A stretch of 30,077 nucleotides of DNA from Candidatus Peregrinibacteria bacterium (GCA_016927155.1 JAFGNE010000047.1:1-30077), one strand, 5' to 3'; positions 10,219-19,247 are shown, counted from the first letter of the stretch. Made by a program: numbers and translations. Notes: generated by a model from the letters alone, not told the origin.

Positions 10219-10297
10219 GGCGTTTGATAATTCTAATCTTTATATTATAGCATTTTTCCGCTTATGTTACAATGATCACTGTCATCAATCAGTCCGA

Positions 10298-11578
10298 ATG
10301 CCTTTCATCGCCGACCTTCACATCCATTCAAAATATTCCCGCGCGTGCAGCAAAAACCTTGACCTGCCGCACATTTGGGCGTGGTGCCAGCTTAAGGGGA
10401 TTGATTTGGTGTCCACTGCGGACTTCACTTATCCGGCCTGGTTTAAAGAAATCCATGAAAAACTCGAGGAAACCGCGCCGGGGATTTACGGGCTAAAAAA
10501 AGAATTCCAAAAAGAGGCGGCGGATGTGTATATCCCCGAAAAATGCCAACGCCCCGCCCATTTTATTTTGAGCACGGAAATCAGCCTGATTTACAAGAAG
10601 GGCGAAAAGACCCGAAAAGTGCACCATGTCATCCTCGCGCCGGACGTGAAAACCGTCGCCAAAATCAATGTCGAGCTCGATAAGCGCGGTAATATCAAGT
10701 CGGACGGGCGGCCTATCCTGGGGCTGGACAGCAAAGAGCTTTTGAAGCTACTCCTCGACATTGACCCGGACATTGAGCTGATTCCCGCCCACGCGTGGAC
10801 GCCGCATTTCGCGATTTTCGGCTCCGTTTCCGGCTTCGACAGTATGGAGGAATGTTTTGAGGAGCTTTCCGACCATATCCACGCGCTGGAAACCGGGCTC
10901 TCTTCCGACCCCCTGATGAACTGGAGGCTCAGCCAAAATGACAAGTACGTTTTGGTGAGCAATTCAGACGCCCATTCCCTCCCAAAAATGGGACGGGAGG
11001 CCACGGTGTTTGATTGTGAAATGACCTATCCGGCCATCCTGCGCGCTTTGCGCCATGACCATAAACAAATTGCCGGGACGATCGAATTTTATCCTGAAGA
11101 AGGCAAATACCACGCGGACGGGTTAAGGGCGGAAGGGCTTTGCCTGGCGCCTGAAGAAACGAAAAAAATGAAAAATATTTCGCCAAAAACAGGGAAAAAA
11201 ATCACGGTCGGCGTGCTTCACCGCGTTTCCGACCTGGCAGACAGGAAAATGGGCGAAAAGCCGAAAACCGCGCGGCCCTTTTGGCACATCATCCCGCTCA
11301 CGGAAATCCTGGCTGAAATCCTGCAGGTCGGCGGCGTGAGCAAAAAAGTGGATGAACTGTATTCCAAATTGCTTCAGGAGGTCGGCCCGGAATTTTATAT
11401 CCTCAAGGACGCGCCGATCGCGGACATCAGCCGTGTCAACGAAATGGTCGGTGAGGCCATCTGCCGCATGCGCGCCAGCCAAGTGATCATCCAGCCGGGA
11501 TATGACGGGGAATATGGTATAATCCGCCTCTTCAAGCCCGAAGAATTAGTTGGAAAAGACCAAATGAAATTGTTCTGA
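10298..11578 (+). CDS. Endonuclease Q family (PHP-domain) protein
   Basis: ADLHIHSKYS, TADFT, STEIS, PAHAWTP, ETGLSSD, SNSDAHS, FYPEEGKYH and PGYDGEYG motifs. Start moved to ATG 10298 (MPFIAD), which avoids overlap with the divergent DUF1003 gene. Confidence 0.88.
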   Translation: MPFIADLHIHSKYSRACSKNLDLPHIWAWCQLKGIDLVSTADFTYPAWFKEIHEKLEETAPGIYGLKKEFQKEAADVYIPEKCQRPAHFILSTEISLIYKKGEKTRKVHHVILAPDVKTVAKINVELDKRGNIKSDGRPILGLDSKELLKLLLDIDPDIELIPAHAWTPHFAIFGSVSGFDSMEECFEELSDHIHALETGLSSDPLMNWRLSQNDKYVLVSNSDAHSLPKMGREATVFDCEMTYPAILRALRHDHKQIAGTIEFYPEEGKYHADGLRAEGLCLAPEETKKMKNISPKTGKKITVGVLHRVSDLADRKMGEKPKTARPFWHIIPLTEILAEILQVGGVSKKVDELYSKLLQEVGPEFYILKDAPIADISRVNEMVGEAICRMRASQVIIQPGYDGEYGIIRLFKPEELVGKDQMKLF

Positions 11579-13215
11579 TGCTCAATCCATCCCAACAACA
11601 GGCCATTGAAACGGCGGGGGGGCCGCTCCGGATCGTCGCGGGGGCCGGCACCGGCAAAACGCGCACGCTTACGGAACGGATCGCTTATTTGATCGAAACA
11701 GAAAATATCCTGCCGCATCGCATCCTCGCCCTCACCTTTACCAACAAGGCCGCGCATGAGATGGTAGAACGGTTGCGCCAAAAGCGCGAGATCCTGAAAC
11801 AAGTTCAGGATGACAATGCGCTTTTGGCGCCACAGGTCATGACTTTCCATTCGCTCGCCGCCCGCCTTTTGCGGCAGTATTGGGACCCGAATTTCATCAT
11901 CCTCACGGAAAAAGACGGGGGACCTCCCGAAGACGTGAACGCGCTTGACTTTGACGGCCTGCTCACCAAGCTGATTGAGGTATGGGATGAAAAGCCGGAG
12001 GTACTTATGGACTGCCAACAAAAATTCGACCATATTTTAGTGGACGAATACCAGGACGTGAACGCGGCGCAAATCGAAATCGTGCGGCGGCTGGCTGAGC
12101 CTCATCGCAACCTCTGCGTGGTGGGAGACCCTGACCAGACGATTTATTCATGGCGCGGGGCCAAAGCGACCTCAATGACGGAGTTCGCGGAGTTATACCC
12201 GGAAACAAAAACCGTTATCCTGACACAAAATTACCGCAACCCGCCCGCGATCCTGAAAGGCGCGGAAGAGCTTATCCGCCATAATCCGGACCGGATTGAA
12301 AAGCGGCTGGAAGCGGCCAAAACCACGGGACAGCCGATCGCGCTTTGGGAAAACGGGAACGAATGGGAAGGTTACGACACAATTTCCCACATCCTTGAAA
12401 TGCACCTCGGCTCGCACGGCGATATGGTGCTGGCGGACAGTTTGGATGTTGGGCGGCATGGGGGCTTCCGGCCGTTCTCGGACATCGCCATCCTTTACCG
12501 CACGCAGGCCGAAGGCAAAAAAATCGCGGCCCGCCTCGCGGAACGCGGGTACCCCTGCCAAATGTCCGCATCAGAGTCATTTTGGGAAAGGAAGGAGGTG
12601 AAGGAATTTTTGGGTGAATTGGAAAAATTCCGTAGCGGCATATGTCATCCTGAACTCGTTTCAGGATCTGCCGCTGCGCCCCTTTTTTCCTCCTGGTTAC
12701 GCGACCGCATCACTTCTTTCGCCGCGTCCAAGCAATTAAAGGCCGCTCCGGCAAACCACCTGAACCTACTGATCGCGTACGCCATTCCTTTTGACCGGTT
12801 GCCGGTTCAAGAAGCGCTCGCCATTTTCCTCGACGAAACCAAGCTACAGCAGGAGGCGGACAACTTGATTATGGCGGACCGCATCAACCTGCTGACCCTG
12901 CACGCGGCCAAAGGGCTGGAATTTCCGGTTGTCGTCATCATCGGGCTGGAAGAGGAACATATCCCCCATTTAAAACCCACGGACGACCCAGATAATCTGG
13001 CCGAAGAACGCCGGCTTCTTTACGTGGGCATGACGCGCGCCACGGAAGAACTGCATCTTCTGGGTGCTAAAAAAACCGGCAATAAAGAACTCAAGCCGTC
13101 GCGGTTCCTGGCAGAAATCGGTCACGCCAATATGGCAACCGGCCAATTGCCGGAAAAAGCGGCAATCCGACTCAAACGTAAGGCCATCAAGCAGGCGCAG
13201 ATGAAAATGTTTTAA
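11578..13215 (+). CDS. UvrD/Rep/PcrA-like superfamily 1 helicase, compact form
   Basis: AGAGTGKT, LTFTNKAA, TFHS, DEYQD, GDPDQTIYSWRGA, QNYR, TLHAAKGLEF and EERRLLYVGMTRA motifs. TGATG overlap with the upstream EndoQ gene. Confidence 0.92.
   Translation: MLNPSQQQAIETAGGPLRIVAGAGTGKTRTLTERIAYLIETENILPHRILALTFTNKAAHEMVERLRQKREILKQVQDDNALLAPQVMTFHSLAARLLRQYWDPNFIILTEKDGGPPEDVNALDFDGLLTKLIEVWDEKPEVLMDCQQKFDHILVDEYQDVNAAQIEIVRRLAEPHRNLCVVGDPDQTIYSWRGAKATSMTEFAELYPETKTVILTQNYRNPPAILKGAEELIRHNPDRIEKRLEAAKTTGQPIALWENGNEWEGYDTISHILEMHLGSHGDMVLADSLDVGRHGGFRPFSDIAILYRTQAEGKKIAARLAERGYPCQMSASESFWERKEVKEFLGELEKFRSGICHPELVSGSAAAPLFSSWLRDRITSFAASKQLKAAPANHLNLLIAYAIPFDRLPVQEALAIFLDETKLQQEADNLIMADRINLLTLHAAKGLEFPVVVIIGLEEEHIPHLKPTDDPDNLAEERRLLYVGMTRATEELHLLGAKKTGNKELKPSRFLAEIGHANMATGQLPEKAAIRLKRKAIKQAQMKMF
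11775..11830 (+). repeat. Palindromic (REP/RPE-like) element, copy 1, in frame inside the helicase
   Basis: GCGCCAAAAGCGC-GAG-ATCCTGAA-ACAAG-TTCAGGAT-GACAAT-GCGCTTTTGGCGC: perfect 13-bp outer stem and 8-bp inner stem. Confidence 0.85.
12631..12678 (-). repeat. Palindromic (REP/RPE-like) element, copy 2, inverted relative to copy 1, in frame inside the helicase
   Basis: Plus strand CGTAGCGGCA-TATGTC-ATCCTGAA-CTCGT-TTCAGGAT-C-TGCCGCTGCG. Its 27-bp core (12643-12669), reverse-complemented, matches copy 1 (11789-11815) at 26/27. Confidence 0.85.
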
Positions 13216-13221
13216 TCCAAA

Positions 13222-13710
13222 TCAGCCGATCATCCCGAACGTGGCGGAAATCCATTCGCCCACAAAATGGGTAAGGAAAATGACGACAAACGCAATGCCC
13301 ATGTGCTCGCCCATCACATGCCACGCCGGCTCTTTTTGGTCGCGCGCCATCCAATAACTGATGGCGCCAAGAACGAGCATTCCCCAGGCAATAGCGATCC
13401 AAACGGCATTAGCCAGATTATTGACCAGCAGGACGGGAACGATGAAAGTAATGGCGAAGAAAAATTTGGCGCACCAGGTGGCCGCGGTGGATTCCCAGAT
13501 TTCACGGACAGTATGCTGGTTTTCGGATTCCTCGGAAATGTGGATGCCGAGCGCGTCGGAAAAGGCGTCCGCCACGGCAATGGTGAGGATGCCGCCTAAA
13601 ACCGCCAGTTTAGAATGGGTGCCCGCCTGGAGCCCGACCATCATCCCCAAAGTGGTGATAACGCCGGAAGTAAGCCCAAAGCTGACACCTTTAAGATAAG
13701 AAAGTTTCAT
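13222..13710 (-). CDS. VIT1/CCC1-like metal transporter family membrane protein (short form)
   Basis: FGLTSGVITTLG...ADAFSDALGIHISEESE pattern and several TM helices. Confidence 0.7.
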   Translation of the reverse strand: MKLSYLKGVSFGLTSGVITTLGMMVGLQAGTHSKLAVLGGILTIAVADAFSDALGIHISEESENQHTVREIWESTAATWCAKFFFAITFIVPVLLVNNLANAVWIAIAWGMLVLGAISYWMARDQKEPAWHVMGEHMGIAFVVIFLTHFVGEWISATFGMIG

Positions 13711-13713
13711 GAC

Positions 13714-15411
13714 CTAAAGAATCAAATTCAATATACCTCCCACAGAAAAAGATGCCAGGACCATGATGAGGGTGGACTTGGCCAAATCCTTGGCCCCCAG
13801 TTCCCGGAACAAAACAACAAAAGTGGCGATACAGGGGAAGTACATCGTCAGGACGGTGCTGGCGATGACCAGCTGCTTCATGCTCAACCCCAGCGGCAGC
13901 AGCATTCCGACGGCCACGTCTTTCCTCAAAAAACCGATAACCAGGGAGGCCACGGCCTCTTTGGGCAAGCCCAGCACCCCGACGATGACGGGCGCCGTAA
14001 CATTGCTGACGTATTCAATAACGCCTGTGGCGTACAGGATATTGACAAAGAAGACGCCTAAAAATACAAACGGTATGGCTTCGGTCAAAAATTTCCTGAT
14101 TCTCATCCATAATTTTTTGGCCAGGATACGCACATGGGGAACCCTGTAAGGGGGAATTTCCATGAAGGTTTCCGGGGTCACGCCTTTCATTATTTTATTG
14201 AGAAGAAAACCTAAAATGAACCACACGGCGGCAAGGGTGGCAAAAAGGATCCCCAGGCCCTTTGCGCCGTATTGGCCGAGTAACCCGAAAACCATGGCGA
14301 TCTGAGCCATACAGGGGATGGAAATGGCCATGAGCGTCGCGGCAATAAACCGCTGCCGTCTGGTTTCCAAAATCCTGGTAGCCAGCGCCCCGGGAACGTT
14401 ACAGCCCAAACCGAGGAGCATGGGGATAATGGCCAACCCGTGCATGCCGAACTTATGCATGACATTATCCACCAGAGTCGCCAGCCTCGGCAGGTAACCA
14501 CTGTCCTCCAAGAAACCCAAAGCCAGGTAAAAGGCGAACACGTAGGGCAGGACCATACCGATCGGCACAAAAAGACCGGTCGTCAGCAACCCCATTGACT
14601 GCACATAATCGATTTCCCCCCCGACCAAGGACCCTATTAAAACGTCATGGATAAAGCCGGAACCCAAAAAATCACTCAGCCGCATGGCAAGAGGTGAATA
14701 CAAACCAAATAAAGGTTCAAAAAGGTATCCGATCAGGTTTTCGCCTATCAGACGGACTAAATAAAACGTCAGCGATAAAACACAGGCGGCGATGGGCAGA
14801 CCGGTCAAGGGTTTAACGCTTAAATCTTCCAATTTCTCAAAAAGCGTATGGCGCTTGGACTCAAGCCGCTGGACCGCCTCGATGATCCTGCCGATTTCAC
14901 ACCATCGCTCTTGCTCATTGCGGCAAAAAGAATGGGCTTTAGCTTCCGGTAACCTGGAAACCAGCCGTTTTATCCCTTCGCCCGTTACGGCGCATGTTGG
15001 CACGACGGGAATTTTTAAAATTTTTTCAAGCGTTTCGATATCTATCCCAACCCCTTGGTGTTTTGCCTCATCCCAAAAATTAAGCGCTACAATGACGGGT
15101 ATCTTTTTCTCCAGAAGCTGAAGGGTGAGATACAGATTCCTTTCCAAATTGGTCGCGTCGACCACATTGATGACCAAATCCCCTTCCTTTAGCATTTGTG
15201 TCGCGACTTTTTCCGCTTTGCAAGTCGGCTCCATCATATAATGTCCCGGAACATCAATGATTTCCGCCAGCTTTTTCCCGAATTTCATCTTGCCCTGCCT
15301 GAACTCGACCGTAGTACCGGGATAATTCGAAATCACGACATTGACACCTGTCAGCCTTGAAAAAAACGCGCTTTTTCCGACGTTGGGATTGCCGATTAAA
15401 AGTATTTTCAT
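13714..15411 (-). CDS. feoB: Ferrous iron transport protein B
   Basis: G1 GNPNVGKS, NYPGTTV, DVPG, DATNLERNL, NFWD. Membrane domain with LEDSGYLPRLA, GLGCNVP, EIPPYRVP and YFPCIAT. Confidence 0.95.
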   Translation of the reverse strand: MKILLIGNPNVGKSAFFSRLTGVNVVISNYPGTTVEFRQGKMKFGKKLAEIIDVPGHYMMEPTCKAEKVATQMLKEGDLVINVVDATNLERNLYLTLQLLEKKIPVIVALNFWDEAKHQGVGIDIETLEKILKIPVVPTCAVTGEGIKRLVSRLPEAKAHSFCRNEQERWCEIGRIIEAVQRLESKRHTLFEKLEDLSVKPLTGLPIAACVLSLTFYLVRLIGENLIGYLFEPLFGLYSPLAMRLSDFLGSGFIHDVLIGSLVGGEIDYVQSMGLLTTGLFVPIGMVLPYVFAFYLALGFLEDSGYLPRLATLVDNVMHKFGMHGLAIIPMLLGLGCNVPGALATRILETRRQRFIAATLMAISIPCMAQIAMVFGLLGQYGAKGLGILFATLAAVWFILGFLLNKIMKGVTPETFMEIPPYRVPHVRILAKKLWMRIRKFLTEAIPFVFLGVFFVNILYATGVIEYVSNVTAPVIVGVLGLPKEAVASLVIGFLRKDVAVGMLLPLGLSMKQLVIASTVLTMYFPCIATFVVLFRELGAKDLAKSTLIMVLASFSVGGILNLIL

Positions 15412-15641
15412 TTTTCGGGTTCTACAAAAATTTTCATCGCCAGCCCCCTTCCCAAAGTGACTTTTGTGTTGCCGATAGCGATGACAACAGGGCCCCTGAA
15501 AGGCTGCATGGTGATTTTTTTGACGGTTTTGCCGACCCTGATATTCAGAGCCGCCAATTTGCTTTGGGCCTCCGAGCCGCCCTCTACCCTTGAGATTTTG
15601 GCTGTCTTTCCGGTTTGCAGATCCAGCAATGAAATTTCCAT
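15408..15641 (-). CDS. feoA: Ferrous iron transport protein A
   Basis: 77 aa with KLAALNIRVG...GPVVIAIGNTKVTLGRGLAMKIFVE. ATGA overlap with feoB. Confidence 0.9.
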   Translation of the reverse strand: MEISLLDLQTGKTAKISRVEGGSEAQSKLAALNIRVGKTVKKITMQPFRGPVVIAIGNTKVTLGRGLAMKIFVEPEK

Positions 15642-15648
15642 GGATTGT

Positions 15649-15957
15649 TTAGTTCAAAAATTGGTTCAAGGCTTCTTTCGCCGTCATACCGGAAAGTTCG
15701 CGGCATTTAACCCCTTTCCCTTCCAAGGCGCTATGCATTTTTTCACCGAAACGGCCGGCCACTACAAAATCGACTTTTTTATCCCCCAGCATTTCCGCCA
15801 CGGCGAACCCGGCGCCCCCGGCGCCAACACAAAAAGGGTTTTTGACCGCTTCAACAAGCTTGCCCCCATCAAAAAAAAGATAAAAAGGGGCGCGTCCGGC
15901 TACCTCGCTCACCTGGGAATCCGGATTATTTTTTAAGGCGGCAATCGCGATTTTCAT
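15649..15957 (-). CDS. NifB/NifX-like (dinitrogenase FeMo-cofactor biosynthesis domain) protein
   Basis: MKIAIA...GRAPFYL...NPF...GAG...VDFVVAGRFG...ALEGKGV pattern. Confidence 0.85.
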   Translation of the reverse strand: MKIAIAALKNNPDSQVSEVAGRAPFYLFFDGGKLVEAVKNPFCVGAGGAGFAVAEMLGDKKVDFVVAGRFGEKMHSALEGKGVKCRELSGMTAKEALNQFLN

Positions 15958-16472
15958 AGTGTTTCGGTTAAGTTGTTATCCATGATCTTTTCCAATAATA
16001 TACCTTGTAACAAGGATGCGGCAACCATTACCAGCGTCAGAACAACCGTAAAACGCCAGCTAAAATAGTAAATGATTAAAGGCAAAAGGGGCAATTTGAT
16101 GGCGCGATTGTAAAGGAACGATGCCATAAAACCATAACTAACGCCTTTTTCGCGCAATTGTTTAAGCAGGGGATACCACATATAAATCGGGCCGGTGGAC
16201 AAAATGCCGCCGACAATCGCGATGACCCACCTTTTCGCCCCCGCGGAACGCCCTGCCATCCGGCTGACCCATGAGGGAGAGATGAAAGCGTTGACGATCA
16301 CCATCATGACGTAAATCAGGATAAAAACCGGAATAATTTTCAAAAAAATATCCAGCGAAAATTTTATAGCGGGTTTTATAAGTTGAGGGTCAAAAACAAG
16401 GACAGCCCCGTACAAAAGGACCACAATCCCCAAAAAAATCCATGGGCCTCTGCTTTTTTCAGAAGGTTGCAT
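15954..16472 (-). CDS. Permease half-subunit (DUF318/ArsP-like)
   Basis: GILSTGPIYMWYPL..L..KG motif and multiple TM helices. Start placed at ATG 16472 (MQPSEK), which overlaps the upstream stop (TAATG). Confidence 0.75.
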   Translation of the reverse strand: MQPSEKSRGPWIFLGIVVLLYGAVLVFDPQLIKPAIKFSLDIFLKIIPVFILIYVMMVIVNAFISPSWVSRMAGRSAGAKRWVIAIVGGILSTGPIYMWYPLLKQLREKGVSYGFMASFLYNRAIKLPLLPLIIYYFSWRFTVVLTLVMVAASLLQGILLEKIMDNNLTETL

Positions 16473-16879
16473 TATAAAAACCAAACCGTTATTACAGCGA
16501 CTAAAATAGAAAGGATGAAGCTCAGGGCATTCCGCCAAAGCGCGAAACGTTTCCCCAGCAAAAAAGCTTCGGCCGGGAACTGCACGATCCCCACGGTCAC
16601 CCAAGCCACCATAAAAGCCGTGACCGCGGTGAGGCCGATTCCCTGGCCCAAAAGTTCCCCTCCGATGACATAGCTTGTAACAGGGTTGCCGGCCATGATG
16701 CTCCCCAGCGCCGCGCCGATCAAGGGGTTAAATAACCCATCCGCAGTAAACAGCCGTGAAAGCAGGGGGAAAAGGTTAGCGCTGTTCAGCAGGCCGATCA
16801 GCAGGATAATGCCCAAAAGGACGGGCAGGCTGCCTAAAAGCGGTTTAGCCGAATTGATGAACAGGGATTTTATCTTCAT
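16472..16879 (-). CDS. Permease half-subunit (DUF318/ArsP-like)
   Basis: GAALGSIMAGNPVTSYVIGGELL...AWVTVGIVQFPAE...LGKRFALWRN pattern. Four TM helices. Confidence 0.8.
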   Translation of the reverse strand: MKIKSLFINSAKPLLGSLPVLLGIILLIGLLNSANLFPLLSRLFTADGLFNPLIGAALGSIMAGNPVTSYVIGGELLGQGIGLTAVTAFMVAWVTVGIVQFPAEAFLLGKRFALWRNALSFILSILVAVITVWFL

Positions 16880-17436
16880 GTTTTAAATATTATACCATGT
16901 CCCGGAATAATGAAATCCGCGATTTTTAAAAGTTTTTCCTGATTTTTGCGGAGCGCCTTATTATCCGAAGCGAAAGGGTCTGTTTTAGGCCTCCCTTTGC
17001 TCCAAAACACATCCCCGCAAACCGCCGTAACGCCGGCGCCGGTTTTAACCAGGAAGGTAATGCTGTCCGGACTATGGCCCGGAGTCAATATAAAACGAAT
17101 GTTTGGCGATATTTTTCCATCGCTTTTTGACCATTTATCCCCTTTCCACCAGCCCCAGTAATCGATGATCCCGGCCTTTTGGAACAGTGCCACATTTTTA
17201 TAGTGGTCCACGTGCGAATGGGTAAGGCCGACCACATTGATATCTTCCGGCGACAAGCCTTCTTTTTTTAAAGCGGTAACGAGAACTTTAGGCGAAGAAA
17301 CCGTTCCCGGATCAATAACCATATTCAATCGCCCGTCCCGGACAAGCGTGCAGGTGGCGCAAGTACGGCCGGGCTTTTCTTTTATGGTATAGCCGGTGAT
17401 GAGAATTTTGGCTTCTGCCATTAAACCTGTAGGCAT
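16876..17436 (-). CDS. Metallo-beta-lactamase-fold hydrolase
   Basis: IDPG, THSHVDH (HxHxDH), TPGHS, CGDVF and IIPGHG motifs. Start could also be the Met five codons downstream. Confidence 0.88.
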   Translation of the reverse strand: MPTGLMAEAKILITGYTIKEKPGRTCATCTLVRDGRLNMVIDPGTVSSPKVLVTALKKEGLSPEDINVVGLTHSHVDHYKNVALFQKAGIIDYWGWWKGDKWSKSDGKISPNIRFILTPGHSPDSITFLVKTGAGVTAVCGDVFWSKGRPKTDPFASDNKALRKNQEKLLKIADFIIPGHGIIFKT

Positions 17437-17438
17437 AG

Positions 17439-19247
17439 TTACACAATACCCCTTTCTTTCCTTTTTGCCTCATTTTCATCCAAAACGATTTTGCGGATAC
17501 GCACGCTTTGGGGCGTCACTTCTACCAGTTCACTATCATCAATGTATTCAAGCGCTTCTTCCAGCCCCATGATTTTTGGCGTATTGAAGTGCTCGCTTAC
17601 GCCATCGCCTTTGGAACGCACATTTGTAAGGTGCTTGGTCTTGCACACGTTGATGCGGATATCTTCCGCGCGCGGATTCTGCCCCACCACCTGCCCCTTG
17701 TAAACAGGGATACCGGGACCGAAGAAGAGCTGGCCGCGTTCCTGGGTTTTAATAAGGCCGTACATGTTGGTCACACCCGTTTCGCTGGCAATCAGCGAAC
17801 CCTTATCGCGCTCGGGCCAGTTTTCAAAGTCGGCGTCATATTTACAGAAATTGGTATTGATGATGCCCAAACCATGGCTGTCGGTGATAAATTCCGAGCG
17901 GAAACCGAAAAGCCCCCGTGTGGGAACGACAAATTCAATAAAATTAATCCCCTGCTCGGCGCCCATCGCCTTCATCTCACCATGGCGCATGCCCAGTTTT
18001 TGGATAATGGTACCGGCATAAGCTTCGGGCACTTCGATATACACGTTTTCATAAGGCACCATCCTTTTCCCGTTGGCCTCTTTCACAATGACTTGCGGGC
18101 GGGAAACCTGGAATTCATAGCCTTCGCGGCGCATGCGTTCGATGAGGATGGAAAGGTGCAGTTCGCCGCGCCCGGAAACTTCCCAGGTGCCATCCGCGTT
18201 ATCGGCCACGCGAAGGGCCATATCGGTTTCCAGCTCCTTGTATAGCCGTTCGCGGATCTGGCGGGAAGTTTTCATTTTTCCCTCCTTGCCGGCAAAGGGC
18301 GAATCATTGACCATAAAAGTCATTTTCACTGTAGGCTCTTCGATATCAAGAAGCGGCAGGGCAATAGGGGTTTCCACGCTGGCGATGGTTTCGCCGATGT
18401 TCACATTGGAGATCCCCGCAACAGCCACAATATCGCCCGCGCTGGCTTCCTGCGCTTCCATCCGGCCAAGGCCGCAAAAAGTCATCAGGGACATAAGGCG
18501 ATACTTCTTCATTTCACCTTTGCGGTTGATGTGCATAATATCCTGCCCGGCTTTAATGATGCCGTTGTAGATGCGGCCCGTGGCAATGCGCCCTTTAAAA
18601 TTATCACCCGTGATGGTGGTCACCAGCATTTGCAGGGGTTTGGCCGGGTCACCGGACGGTTCCGGGACGTGCTTCATGATCGCCTCAAAAACCGGTGAAA
18701 TGTCCTGCATCCTCGTCACATCGGCCTCTTCGCCCGCTTTGCCCTGTTTAGCCACAGCATACAGGATGGGAAAATCAAGCGCGTCATCTTTGGCGCCGAG
18801 CTCGACGAATAAATCAAAGGTTTTGTTGACCGCGAAATCGGGCCGGGCGGCGGGTTTATCGATTTTATTGATTACCACAATCACCTTGAGCCCCATTTCC
18901 AGCGCTTTTTTGAGTACAAACCGTGTTTGGGGCATGGGACCCTCTTTGGCATCCACCAAGAGAAGACAACCGTTGGCCATATTCAGCACCCGTTCCACTT
19001 CGCCGCCAAAATCCGCGTGGCCCGGGGTATCGATGATGTTGATTTTCGTATCGCCCCACTGCACCGAAGCGTTCTTAGAGAAAATGGTGATGCCGCGTTC
19101 CCGTTCCAATTCGTTGCTATCCAAAATGCACGTCATGCCGACGTTTTCCTTGCCCACATCGGTTTTGGACTGGCGAAGAAGCGCATCAACAAGCGTTGTT
19201 TTGCCGTGGTCCACGTGCGCGATGATGGCGATGTTGCGGATGTTCAA
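17439..19247 (-). CDS. typA: Translational GTPase TypA/BipA
   Basis: RNIAIIAHVDHGKTT, ERERGITI, DTPGHADF, INKID, VSGRGELHL and LEEALEYIDDSELVEVTP motifs. TTG start with an in-frame TAG five codons upstream. Confidence 0.97.
   Translation of the reverse strand: MNIRNIAIIAHVDHGKTTLVDALLRQSKTDVGKENVGMTCILDSNELERERGITIFSKNASVQWGDTKINIIDTPGHADFGGEVERVLNMANGCLLLVDAKEGPMPQTRFVLKKALEMGLKVIVVINKIDKPAARPDFAVNKTFDLFVELGAKDDALDFPILYAVAKQGKAGEEADVTRMQDISPVFEAIMKHVPEPSGDPAKPLQMLVTTITGDNFKGRIATGRIYNGIIKAGQDIMHINRKGEMKKYRLMSLMTFCGLGRMEAQEASAGDIVAVAGISNVNIGETIASVETPIALPLLDIEEPTVKMTFMVNDSPFAGKEGKMKTSRQIRERLYKELETDMALRVADNADGTWEVSGRGELHLSILIERMRREGYEFQVSRPQVIVKEANGKRMVPYENVYIEVPEAYAGTIIQKLGMRHGEMKAMGAEQGINFIEFVVPTRGLFGFRSEFITDSHGLGIINTNFCKYDADFENWPERDKGSLIASETGVTNMYGLIKTQERGQLFFGPGIPVYKGQVVGQNPRAEDIRINVCKTKHLTNVRSKGDGVSEHFNTPKIMGLEEALEYIDDSELVEVTPQSVRIRKIVLDENEAKRKERGIV

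Noticed and set aside
10202-10297. Longer N-terminus for EndoQ given by the ORF track
   Set aside because: It overlaps the divergent DUF1003 start, and the family motif begins right after ATG 10298.
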